The notes under the pieces were generated by a model that worked only from the letters and a program-made list of their open reading frames with translations, did not search any database and was not told where the DNA came from. A DNA stretch of 64,000 nt, taken from NCBI GenBank assembly GCA_002708385.1, contig PANM01000013.1, positions 87,359 to 151,358 of the forward strand. Reading direction: 5' to 3'. The DNA is from Methanobacteriota archaeon (GTDB taxonomy: Archaea; Thermoplasmatota; Poseidoniia; Poseidoniales; Thalassarchaeaceae). Shown here one piece after another: positions 45,914 to 54,844 of the stretch (within the stretch, counting starts at the first letter, position 1; each line of letters begins with the position of its first letter). Made by a program: the position numbers and the translations under genes.

Positions 45914-46629
45914 CAGGCATCACCTCCAAATTCTTCTACCTTAGCTTCGGTTAGTAAAGCGTTTAATCGATCTCTGGCATTAATGATACCATCTAGGTCA
46001 CCATCAATCCAAACGCGACCATTGTCACCAGCAACTACTCTACATTCTGTATCTTCCTTGAGTTGGCGTAGATTATTTCCACCTCGGCCGATTAGTCTAC
46101 CGAGTAAGTGTGGATCAATTTCTTCAACGCTTCCAGAGCGAATTGCGCGCAGACCCATGCCTTTCATCGTCACAACGCTAGAATGATTTTCTTCTACTTC
46201 TTGAACGCGGCATAGAATAGCATCTCCAATATCCAGAACCTTTCTTATTCCACCGAATTCAGCCTTAGAAGGACCGAGACTCATTGGTAAAATAGCGTTG
46301 AAAGGTGCTCCGATATCGATGAACCAGATATTACTGGTACAACCTTCGATATATCCTATCACCAAATCGCTAGGCCGGGGCACATAGGATGTGCGCCGTG
46401 GCTCTATCGAGACGGTACCGCCCCGATTGTTCATTCTTCCTTGCTTCAAAGCACGAAGTCGGCCGTTAATGGCCAGGACACCGTGTCCTGCTTCGTACTC
46501 CCCAGAATCGCCTAGGTCGTCCCCAGGGGCGACAAGCAGGGGTGCTTGTCGGGATCTACGCGGTCCGTCCGCGCCATTGTCTCCACTCATGTTATCGAGC
46601 CGCGCGACCGACCCACCATTCATAACCAT
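45913..46629 (-). CDS. rrp4: Exosome RNA-binding subunit Rrp4 (N-terminal domain, S1, KH)
   Basis: The N-domain VAPGDDLG is followed by an S1 domain and the KH GXXG motif LIGRGGNNLRQL. The first about 85 codons are unusually GC-rich. Confidence 0.8.
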   Translation of the reverse strand: MVMNGGSVARLDNMSGDNGADGPRRSRQAPLLVAPGDDLGDSGEYEAGHGVLAINGRLRALKQGRMNNRGGTVSIEPRRTSYVPRPSDLVIGYIEGCTSNIWFIDIGAPFNAILPMSLGPSKAEFGGIRKVLDIGDAILCRVQEVEENHSSVVTMKGMGLRAIRSGSVEEIDPHLLGRLIGRGGNNLRQLKEDTECRVVAGDNGRVWIDGDLDGIINARDRLNALLTEAKVEEFGGDA

Positions 46630-46665
46630 ATATGCTCACACCTACGGTGTGTCTAAAGATGAAAA

Positions 46666-47373
46666 CTAATCCAATTCCTTCACATCAAGGCCTGAGCTTC
46701 TTTTTGCCACCCTACTTATCAAATCTGATTTCATACCACCAGGACATTCTACAACGCAAGCCCACGAACCATCGGCCAACCACTCTTCCCTTTGAATAGA
46801 GTCTCTAATCAATTGGTACACACCACCGTAATCCTTACCTTGAATTCTAAAAGCCAATCTAACAGTAATAAATTGAAGTGGAATTAATGCTCTTATTGCA
46901 TCTACAGCATTCTGAACCTGGCGCTCAACCGACAGAAATGGATCCACACTAAAACGAGCCTCAGCAAGTGCATTTTCGATTCTAGTTGGTGGATGTGGAC
47001 CTCGTGTTTTTGGATCGGTGGCTGTAGTAGCGATTGCATTAACGATTTGTTTCCGTTTTGTTTCTACCATTTTTTTCCTTTGAACAGTCGTTAATTGAAT
47101 AGTGCCTTCTCTGAGGATTTTATCAACGCATACGATTAATTCAACACTACCAAAGATATTCTCTAACGCATCAGAAGTGGGGCGGTCACCTGATTTAACA
47201 TCTGACCAAACTTCATCTGTAGCCAACAAATCTTCAATGATAACAGCATCATTATTCTCTTTCCACTGTGCTACCAGTTCCGGGTCTACAAGAATCTCGA
47301 AGCGATTCCCGCCTTTCTCGAGACGGGCTATGACAGCATCATCGAGACTAACCATGAATCGGGAGGGAGACAT
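46666..47373 (-). CDS. sdo1: SBDS-family ribosome maturation protein
   Basis: N-terminal FYSH domain conservation, ARLEKGGNRFEI. Confidence 0.85.
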   Translation of the reverse strand: MSPSRFMVSLDDAVIARLEKGGNRFEILVDPELVAQWKENNDAVIIEDLLATDEVWSDVKSGDRPTSDALENIFGSVELIVCVDKILREGTIQLTTVQRKKMVETKRKQIVNAIATTATDPKTRGPHPPTRIENALAEARFSVDPFLSVERQVQNAVDAIRALIPLQFITVRLAFRIQGKDYGGVYQLIRDSIQREEWLADGSWACVVECPGGMKSDLISRVAKRSSGLDVKELD

Positions 47374-47406
47374 TAGCCCTTAGAACAATCGGGATGAGAT
47401 TCCCAA

Positions 47407-48117
47407 TTAGTTAAGCTTGGTTAGGTGTGAAAGTGTGGCTTCTTTGTCCAATTTTGTGTATCCATTTCCGTCTACAACAGCAATCTCCACAGCATCGTGG
47501 TTCAAATCTTCTTCGATTGAATCCCTGAGGGCTTCCAAGCCCATCTTTATCGCTGCATTTTGTGTCATGTTTTCTTTCCATTTCGATTCAAAATGGTCTA
47601 TTACGGTTGAACGGCCACGACCAATAGCACCGGCGTGGTATGACTGATACGCACCTGATGGGTCTGTCTCAAACAGATGCACACCATCAGCGTCAACACC
47701 TGCGATTAACAATGCTGTACCAAAGGGTCTTGCTCCACCATATTGTGTGAATGATTGCATGTAATCACACATTTTTTTGACAAGTGTAGTTACAGGTATA
47801 GCGTCTCCATAAGTCATCCGGTTAACTTGACATTGAACTCGAGCTCTGTCAACCAGTTGTCGAGCATCTGCAACTAGTCCAGAAGTTGTGAACCCAACAT
47901 GATTGTCGATTTGGTACATCTTTTCGATAGAATCAATGATTACCAATTTACTGGAAATTCTTTTGTCGACAATTAATACAACTCCATCACGAAATTTTAG
48001 ACCAACTGTTGTTGTGCCTCTTTTTACTGATTCACGAGCATACTCTACTTGGTATAGACGTCCGTCTGGTGAAAAGGTCGATACTCCATGGTCATATCCT
48101 CGTCCGCTCGGCTGCAT
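47407..48117 (-). CDS. psmA: Proteasome alpha subunit
   Basis: YDHGVSTFSPDGRLYQVEYA N-terminus, about 236 aa. I trimmed the start to the ATG at 48115-48117. Confidence 0.9.
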   Translation of the reverse strand: MQPSGRGYDHGVSTFSPDGRLYQVEYARESVKRGTTTVGLKFRDGVVLIVDKRISSKLVIIDSIEKMYQIDNHVGFTTSGLVADARQLVDRARVQCQVNRMTYGDAIPVTTLVKKMCDYMQSFTQYGGARPFGTALLIAGVDADGVHLFETDPSGAYQSYHAGAIGRGRSTVIDHFESKWKENMTQNAAIKMGLEALRDSIEEDLNHDAVEIAVVDGNGYTKLDKEATLSHLTKLN

Positions 48118-48264
48118 TACAATCGTAATTCTCCTGAGCCGGCCTCTTATCAACCTTGACCGCAATGCTGTCTGGTGATTTGCAGAATGGTATAACCTGA
48201 AATTTACAAGATCGGGATTTAGTTGAATAGGCTAATTGATTGCTAGGGACTAGTTCGGAAGTCC

Positions 48265-49032
48265 GTGCGCGTTGCTATCTTAGCCTCAGGAGGAAAAGAT
48301 TCCACCTATGCTTGCTGGTGGGCTATCATGCAAGGATGGAAGGTCGAGGCTCTGATTACTATCCACATAACTAATGACGATTCTATGATGTTCCAAATCC
48401 CTAACACTTCAATTGCAGGACTTCAAGCATACTCTATGGGTGTGCCTTGGTTGCCGATTTTATCAGATGGTAAGCAAGAAGAGGAGATTTCTGATTTGGA
48501 AAATGGAATAAATGGCCATACTGACGTACAGGATGCGTTTGAACGAGTTGTTTTCGATACCGAAGTTATCGAGTTTTCTGATGACTTACACTTACAATTA
48601 TCAGTTTTGGAAATCGATGCGCTTGTAGTAGGAGCGCTTCGTTCGGACTACCAAAAAACAAGGATTGAACGTATGTGTGAAAAAATTGGGATAATCTCGT
48701 ACTGCCCACTTTGGCATCATGAACCAAAAGAACATATGCAATCCTTGGTAGAACATGGATTCGATGTTCGTATTGTTTCCGTATCAACCGATGGTTTAGG
48801 GCAGGAATGGCTAGGGAAACAAATCACTCAACAATCCCTCAAAGACCTCATAAAAATTTCCACCAAATTCAGATTCAACTTAGACGGAGAGGGTGGGGAG
48901 TTTGAGACGATTGTAGTTGACGCCCCGCATATGAGTCAATCAATCGAGGTTTCGGGCCACTCCGAATGGAAAGGAAATAGAGGAACTTGGATTCTAGATT
49001 CAGCAACAATTTCTAAATTCCAACCATCCTAA
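48265..49032 (+). CDS. Dph6-like PP-loop ATPase (diphthine-ammonia ligase / MJ0570 family)
   Basis: PP-loop SGGKDS, VGALRSDYQKTRIE and the family signature GEGGEFET are present. Confidence 0.7.
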   Translation: MRVAILASGGKDSTYACWWAIMQGWKVEALITIHITNDDSMMFQIPNTSIAGLQAYSMGVPWLPILSDGKQEEEISDLENGINGHTDVQDAFERVVFDTEVIEFSDDLHLQLSVLEIDALVVGALRSDYQKTRIERMCEKIGIISYCPLWHHEPKEHMQSLVEHGFDVRIVSVSTDGLGQEWLGKQITQQSLKDLIKISTKFRFNLDGEGGEFETIVVDAPHMSQSIEVSGHSEWKGNRGTWILDSATISKFQPS

Positions 49033-49097
49033 CCGGGACCTTAGGCATCCGCTAGCCTCAAGGGGGGTAGTCAAGTCGAAGGCACACGGGGAACACA

Positions 49098-50444
49098 GTG
49101 TCAGTCTCACCACTGGATTACCGATATGGACGACCCGAAGCTAAAGAAATCTGGTCTAGGGAAGGTCGACACAGTAGACAATTAGAGGTAGAAAGAGCCC
49201 TGGTATGGGCTCACTGCCAACTTGGCCGAGTATCCGCAGAACACTACGATATGATTGCTGATATCTCAGACCCAGGTATTGTCACCGCAAATAGGGTGGA
49301 CGAAATTGAAGCCGAAACACGGCATGATATAATGGCACTAACAAAGGCCATGGCAGAAAAGGCCGGAGAAGCGGCTTGGTGCATACATTTGGGTGCGACA
49401 AGCAATGATATTGTGGATTCTGCTGTAGCCCTACAGATTAGAGATTCAATCAAATTACAAAGAAAGAGTTTGCTGAGGCTACTCTCGACCCTCTGTGATT
49501 TAGCAGAGAGAGAAAGAGATACAGTAATGCTCGGTAGAACACATGGCCAAGCAGCTGTACCGATTACATTCGGGCTAAAGATCGCTGTTTTTGTAGATGA
49601 ATTCAGAAGACATCTTGTAAGGTTAGACGAATTAGAATCGAGAGCGATTACAGGAAAATTCCTAGGAGCTGTCGGAACAGGTGCAGCGCAAGGTGAGAAT
49701 GCAAAAGAATTGCAACAACTAATCCTTCAACATCTAGGATTAACGGTACCAGTAGCGACAACACAAGTGGTTGGAAGGGATCGCTACATCGAATGGGTTG
49801 GTTGGATGTCTAATGTAGCCGCCTCAGTTGAAAAGTTACTACAAGAAGTAAGGAATCTACAACGCTCAGAAATAGCCGAAGTTGGCGAATGGTTCGATGT
49901 AGAAAAGCAAGTTGGTTCTTCTACAATGGCTCACAAAAGAAACCCAATTACTGCCGAGAATGCTTCTGGTTTAGCAAGAATTGTTCGCGCCATGATTATC
50001 CCCTCCTATGAAAATGCTCTATTGTGGCACGAGAGGGATTTAGCTAATTCTTCAAGTGAACGATTCACCCTTTCTCATGCAATGATTTTATTGGATGATA
50101 TTCTGGCAAAATCAGACAGAGTTATGAGTAAATGCGTGGTTGACACCGAGAGAATGTTAGCAAACATAGAATCTCAAAAAGGGCTAGTGATGGCAGAGAA
50201 AATAATGTTAGCATTGGTCAATGAAGGTATTCACAGAGACCAAGCCCACGAAATATTACGAGCAGCTTCAATGGTGGCAGTTGCTGAAAATCGTCATCTT
50301 CGATCAGTTTGTGGAGAAGATGATTCGGTAACTAGTGCCTTTACCTCAGAAGAATTAGACCAACTATTCGACCCCTCAAGTCACCTTGGAGTCAGTGGTG
50401 AAATTGTAGACGAAGCAATAGCACTGGCAAGAGCGATGATTTAG
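49098..50444 (+). CDS. purB: Adenylosuccinate lyase
   Basis: The fumarate-lyase signature GSSTMAHKRNP is present, at about 448 aa. Confidence 0.9.
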   Translation: MSVSPLDYRYGRPEAKEIWSREGRHSRQLEVERALVWAHCQLGRVSAEHYDMIADISDPGIVTANRVDEIEAETRHDIMALTKAMAEKAGEAAWCIHLGATSNDIVDSAVALQIRDSIKLQRKSLLRLLSTLCDLAERERDTVMLGRTHGQAAVPITFGLKIAVFVDEFRRHLVRLDELESRAITGKFLGAVGTGAAQGENAKELQQLILQHLGLTVPVATTQVVGRDRYIEWVGWMSNVAASVEKLLQEVRNLQRSEIAEVGEWFDVEKQVGSSTMAHKRNPITAENASGLARIVRAMIIPSYENALLWHERDLANSSSERFTLSHAMILLDDILAKSDRVMSKCVVDTERMLANIESQKGLVMAEKIMLALVNEGIHRDQAHEILRAASMVAVAENRHLRSVCGEDDSVTSAFTSEELDQLFDPSSHLGVSGEIVDEAIALARAMI

Positions 50445-50487
50445 CAATAGTAATGCTAATCCACCCTGAGTTTTACAGACTCCAATA

Positions 50488-51057
50488 ATGCTTGACCTAG
50501 AATCCGGCCCGGTTCACGTTTCTGTGGAGGAGGGAATAGGAGGGACTAGCCTCTGTCTAAGCCTTGCAGTAGATGTATTAAAGTCTAATTTTCGTGTTGT
50601 CTGGTTAGGTAGAAATACGTTACATCCTCAAAGGACTCAAGAGATATTTTCAGGACTTAACGGATCTCAATTGGATAGATTTTTTTTCATGGAGTTTACC
50701 ACAAATTTACTTGCTAGGGTCAACGCTTTGAACCCCCTAATCAAAAGATTAGACGAAACTGACTTGATTGTCATTGATGATTGGTGTCCCTCTTCAGGCA
50801 GAGCAACTGCTGATGATTTGAAAGCGGTACGTAATTTGATTTCGACAACAAACAATACTAGGTTAATCTTGACTTCAAAGGCCTATGAATCACCATCTGC
50901 AGACGAATACAAATGGAAGAGCAGGGGTTCTCAAATTTCTGGATTAAGGCAAGTTTGGTTATTGAGGGAAGAAGGCATTAGAAATTATCGCAAACTAATC
51001 GACGGCGAACAACAAACCAGATTGAGACTGAGTGAATCTGGTTTTTCCATTGTTTGA
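50488..51057 (+). CDS. Degenerate RecA/KaiC-superfamily ATPase-like protein (Walker A lacking Lys-Thr/Ser)
   Basis: GIGGTSLCLSLA stands where GxxGxGKT is expected, and a Walker-B-like DLIVIDDW follows. 189 aa. Confidence 0.35.
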   Translation: MLDLESGPVHVSVEEGIGGTSLCLSLAVDVLKSNFRVVWLGRNTLHPQRTQEIFSGLNGSQLDRFFFMEFTTNLLARVNALNPLIKRLDETDLIVIDDWCPSSGRATADDLKAVRNLISTTNNTRLILTSKAYESPSADEYKWKSRGSQISGLRQVWLLREEGIRNYRKLIDGEQQTRLRLSESGFSIV

Positions 51058-51060
51058 TTA

Positions 51061-51300
51061 TTATTCAGAATCAAATCTTTCAGTTAATAATTTATCAAGT
51101 TCAGCCAATGCATTAGCGTCTGGTTCTTCGAGGCTCTGCGGATTTCTGGCATTACCGGAATAATCTTCAGTCTCAAATATTATTTTCTGACGACGTTTTT
51201 GTCGTAATCTTAGTAAAACCCATATCAATAAGCCTGCAGACATTGACAATAACACAGAGATAATATTCTGGCCATCTGCCATACCTTCACCACACAACAC
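51061..51300 (-). CDS. Small single-TM membrane protein (79 aa)
   Basis: One hydrophobic helix and a basic RQKRRQK stop-transfer stretch. It abuts the tiaS stop. Confidence 0.3.
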   Translation of the reverse strand: MLCGEGMADGQNIISVLLSMSAGLLIWVLLRLRQKRRQKIIFETEDYSGNARNPQSLEEPDANALAELDKLLTERFDSE

Positions 51301-52578
51301 TTAGTCTTGATTATTCTGTCCAATTGGAAGCCCTCTATCCAAAGGTTTTGCCAAATGTCTCCTGTTGGATGGAGTAGGTTCAACCCATCCTTGATGTTCT
51401 GTCCTAAAGGAGGGTGATGCTGTCTCCCAAACTTTAACCTTTAATTTACCACATGTCTTACATCGCAGACCTTGACCTATACCTGCACTTCTCATTGTTT
51501 TACCGCAACATTGTGGCCTATTCCCTATTCTAGGAGCTGGGACTTTCAATCTTAGTCTCTCTAAATGTACTTCAGTTGAGGGAGAAGTTAGTCCCATCCA
51601 ATCAACCACATCGCCCACTTTCAATCTCCGTAACCTAGAATTAACCTCGCCACTTTCTGAGAAAGCAACAAGTGTTGCAGATTTAGACCCTGTCCAAATT
51701 CTTACTGAGGAATGACCTCCTTGGACCTCTAAGGGGTTAGTCAATACAATTCCACTTTCATATCCTAACAAATGGTCATCTGAAATTTGGTTTGTCCTGT
51801 GAATCGCCCAAGATTCACTATTTTCCACGTCATCTCTGCCCTGTAAATACTGATGTGCTGATTCTGCTTCAGATAGCGATTCGGCTCTAATGCCGTACAG
51901 TACGGGACAATTTGTTCTAGGCATTATCATTCCCCTACCAGTCGTTGGGTCTCTGTTTGCAAAGGTATTAGGGTACTTTTCGGACATAGAATTCACTGCT
52001 TCAATTGATACTTTCCTGGTTGACCGAATTTTATCTTTGAATCTCCATGCAATCAATTCCCAAGTGCTTTGAATGTTAGGCATCCAAGCTATGGCAGAAG
52101 AAGCACCTATGATCCCATATGGAATGTCTTCTATGGCATACATTTTTGTTGAATTTGGAATATTGGCAACACGTGTGATTAGAGATACTTCTTTCCTAAC
52201 TGCATCCCAATACATTTGTTCCGGAAAATCTTCCAAAGCCAATAATAGACAAGGAGATGGTTTTTGGCCGTTTTCGGGATATTTGGTTTGTATCTCTTCA
52301 TTCAATTCTTCAATAAACTCTCTACAAATCCAGTCTACGGAATCTAAAGTGTGAGTATCCACTGTGCAGATTGCTGAGAGGGCCGCATTACCTCTAGTTC
52401 GTTCTGGCGCGAATGGCCAGAGTCTGACTAATCTTCTTTCTTTAATCTCAAATCCATCAATAGACTCTTCCATTCGGCTTAGTAAGCGTTGGAAATGTTC
52501 TGTAGTACAGGCGTAATCGATATGGTCAGTGTCATCCAATCCGATTCGGATGACACTTTTCGTATGGGTACCGCTCAC
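51301..52578 (-). CDS. tiaS: tRNA(Ile2) 2-agmatinylcytidine synthetase TiaS
   Basis: N-terminal kinase-like IRIGLDDTDHIDYACTT, central NCPVLYGIRAES, and a C-terminal zinc ribbon CCGKTMRSAGIGQGLRCKTCG with RRHLAKPL. Confidence 0.85.
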   Translation of the reverse strand: MSGTHTKSVIRIGLDDTDHIDYACTTEHFQRLLSRMEESIDGFEIKERRLVRLWPFAPERTRGNAALSAICTVDTHTLDSVDWICREFIEELNEEIQTKYPENGQKPSPCLLLALEDFPEQMYWDAVRKEVSLITRVANIPNSTKMYAIEDIPYGIIGASSAIAWMPNIQSTWELIAWRFKDKIRSTRKVSIEAVNSMSEKYPNTFANRDPTTGRGMIMPRTNCPVLYGIRAESLSEAESAHQYLQGRDDVENSESWAIHRTNQISDDHLLGYESGIVLTNPLEVQGGHSSVRIWTGSKSATLVAFSESGEVNSRLRRLKVGDVVDWMGLTSPSTEVHLERLRLKVPAPRIGNRPQCCGKTMRSAGIGQGLRCKTCGKLKVKVWETASPSFRTEHQGWVEPTPSNRRHLAKPLDRGLPIGQNNQD

Positions 52579-53231
52579 GCGGTACCCCCCAGTATGGAAT
52601 CAACAACACCTGAGATTCCTATTTCAGGGTCGCACCGAATCGCTCTGACTCCGAAGTTCTCCGCCGCAGCCATATCGACACCTCTGTCACCCACCATGAA
52701 TGAGGTTGACTCATCAGGTCTTTCGTCCCATTCATTATCGAAACGTAATTTTAGGCCTTGGAAATCCGGATCTATTGAGGCGGCATCAATGAGTTGTCGT
52801 CCTGCCTCTAACATTCCAGGATTAGGCTTTCGTGCCCAAGCCCCATCCCATGGCGCATAAGGTGAAAACAAAATTAAATCAAGATGAGCATCTGAATCCT
52901 CAGAAAGTAATCTAGTCCTGATTTCGGCATGAATATCATCTAGATTTTCTGAGTCCCAATGACCTCTGCCGATTGGTGATTGGTTGGTGACCACTACTAC
53001 TCTATACCCCGCTCTTCTCAATTTACCAATTGCTAAGCCAGCACCTGGTAACAATTCAACTTCTGATGGAGAATTAACGTAATGCTCACTGCCTATGTTG
53101 ATTACACCATCTCGGTCAAGATAAGCGATTCTACCATCCCAATTTTTGTTATTTGGCAAGCTGATTAAATCCAAACTATCTGTTAATTCCGCAGATTCGC
53201 GGTGAGGTACCAACATAGTATCACTTTCCAT
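52575..53231 (-). CDS. gmhB: HAD-IIIA phosphatase, GmhB-like (D,D-heptose 1,7-bisphosphate phosphatase)
   Basis: HAD motif I LDRDGVIN, motif II VVTNQS, and a GmhB-like spacing. Confidence 0.6.
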   Translation of the reverse strand: MESDTMLVPHRESAELTDSLDLISLPNNKNWDGRIAYLDRDGVINIGSEHYVNSPSEVELLPGAGLAIGKLRRAGYRVVVVTNQSPIGRGHWDSENLDDIHAEIRTRLLSEDSDAHLDLILFSPYAPWDGAWARKPNPGMLEAGRQLIDAASIDPDFQGLKLRFDNEWDERPDESTSFMVGDRGVDMAAAENFGVRAIRCDPEIGISGVVDSILGGTA

Positions 53232-53790
53232 GATTGGCTTTTGTGGCTTCTTTCACAATGTGATTGATGATTAATTGCATATCTTCAATTCGCTCCATAG
53301 AGGTGGTGGGAACTACGATTGCTACATCGACCATTCCTGCTAACTTACCACCGTTACCACCGTTGTAATTTCCAGTAATTGCTGCAGTTCTGCAACCCGC
53401 TTTTTTGGCGGCCAAAATACCATTTAGAACATTAGGTGAATTACCAGAGCCTGAATACGCGATAACCAAATCTCCAGATTTAGTAAAAGTAGACAATTGG
53501 CCTGCGAAAACGTTCGCATAATCAGTATCGTTGGCCCAAGCTGTAAACGAGGATATGTTATCTGTGTGAGCAATGGTTGGAATTCCAAGTTCTTTAGACC
53601 AATCTCCGGCACTGTGAGAGGGGGTAGCAGCGCTTCCACCATTCCCAATCATGTGTATTGTTCCACCACTTCCTGATACTGTGTTTATCTCGTTCCAAAG
53701 TGATTCGATTTGGGATTTTGAAACCTCGGACAAGGTTCTTTTCAAATCATCAAGATAATCTCCTGCGAATGAATCAAAATCAAACGCCAT
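53221..53790 (-). CDS. gmhA: SIS-domain phosphoheptose isomerase
   Basis: GNGGSAATPSH plus a C-terminal SIS domain, about 189 aa. Confidence 0.7.
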   Translation of the reverse strand: MAFDFDSFAGDYLDDLKRTLSEVSKSQIESLWNEINTVSGSGGTIHMIGNGGSAATPSHSAGDWSKELGIPTIAHTDNISSFTAWANDTDYANVFAGQLSTFTKSGDLVIAYSGSGNSPNVLNGILAAKKAGCRTAAITGNYNGGNGGKLAGMVDVAIVVPTTSMERIEDMQLIINHIVKEATKANHGK

Positions 53791-54844
53791 GTTAATTCCT
53801 CGAGGAGACCGAAGAGGGCATCATATTTACGAGTTGATGGCCACAGTCAATCCAATGGAAGAGCCTATTGGCGCGGGTTTGGCGGCATTAGCCGAGTCAT
53901 TAGGGACTTCGAGTGAGGCGCTTAGGTTACTAATTGGAAGCATTGGAATGTTGCTTTTGGCACTATCATTTGCAAGGTCTAATGATAATTGGTCGGGTAA
54001 AATAGCCGCAATAGGATGGATTCTTCTAGGTTTGTTCTTCTATCTTCTTTCAGATTACTATGTCAAACTTGGAGATCCTGTTTTGGTAATAATGACCGCT
54101 GGAGCATTACCAGGCGGATTATTCTTAGCATGGTTTGAAACCGTAGGGAAATCAGAAACGTCATTTGAGACTAATCAATCACTAGTATGGTTCAGAGGAA
54201 TGGTAGCATGGTCAATGATTCCGTATCAGATTGTATATTGTGTGCCTTATTTGAATATCGCATTTGTAATGATGACAGCCCATAGTGCTGAATGGATGTT
54301 AGAGTTTGTTGGACTTGGGTCTTATACAATGGGCGAAGTCATGGTTGACCTTCGTGATGGAGATCAAGTTCCATTAAGTGAATGGGATGGAAGTATGCTA
54401 CTTCTAACTCAACCCCTTGGGGATGGGGGATTCTTCATCCCAATGTATCATTCAACAGGTGAAGAAGTAGGAATCGGATTCATTTTGAGTTGTTCAGGAC
54501 TACAATCAATGATCATTTTTGTAGGAGCAATTGTAGCACTTCAAACAGTGCCTTGGAATAGAAGGATTCGGGGTTTGCTGATTTCTGTGCCGACTATTCA
54601 TATCCTTAACACATTCAGGAATGCAGGAATAGTTTGGTTAGAGGTTAATTACCACAATTGGGAGTTTTTAGGTTTGAACATGTTTGACTTTTCTCATAGT
54701 TATGCCGCTAAGGCTGCTAGCCTATTCGCGATGTTTTTGATGGCAATAGCTCTGTTCGACCTTCTACCTGAATTACACAAAAATATAATGCAATTATTAC
54801 CAAAGAAATTACGAGGGAAATCAGATTCTTCAACGACTTCGTAA
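53789..54844 (+). CDS. Archaeosortase/exosortase-family integral membrane protein
   Basis: 8-9 TM helices. A candidate active-site Cys (ILSCSGLQS) and conserved Arg (NTFRNAG) are spaced as in EpsH/ArtA. Confidence 0.45.
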   Translation: MLIPRGDRRGHHIYELMATVNPMEEPIGAGLAALAESLGTSSEALRLLIGSIGMLLLALSFARSNDNWSGKIAAIGWILLGLFFYLLSDYYVKLGDPVLVIMTAGALPGGLFLAWFETVGKSETSFETNQSLVWFRGMVAWSMIPYQIVYCVPYLNIAFVMMTAHSAEWMLEFVGLGSYTMGEVMVDLRDGDQVPLSEWDGSMLLLTQPLGDGGFFIPMYHSTGEEVGIGFILSCSGLQSMIIFVGAIVALQTVPWNRRIRGLLISVPTIHILNTFRNAGIVWLEVNYHNWEFLGLNMFDFSHSYAAKAASLFAMFLMAIALFDLLPELHKNIMQLLPKKLRGKSDSSTTS

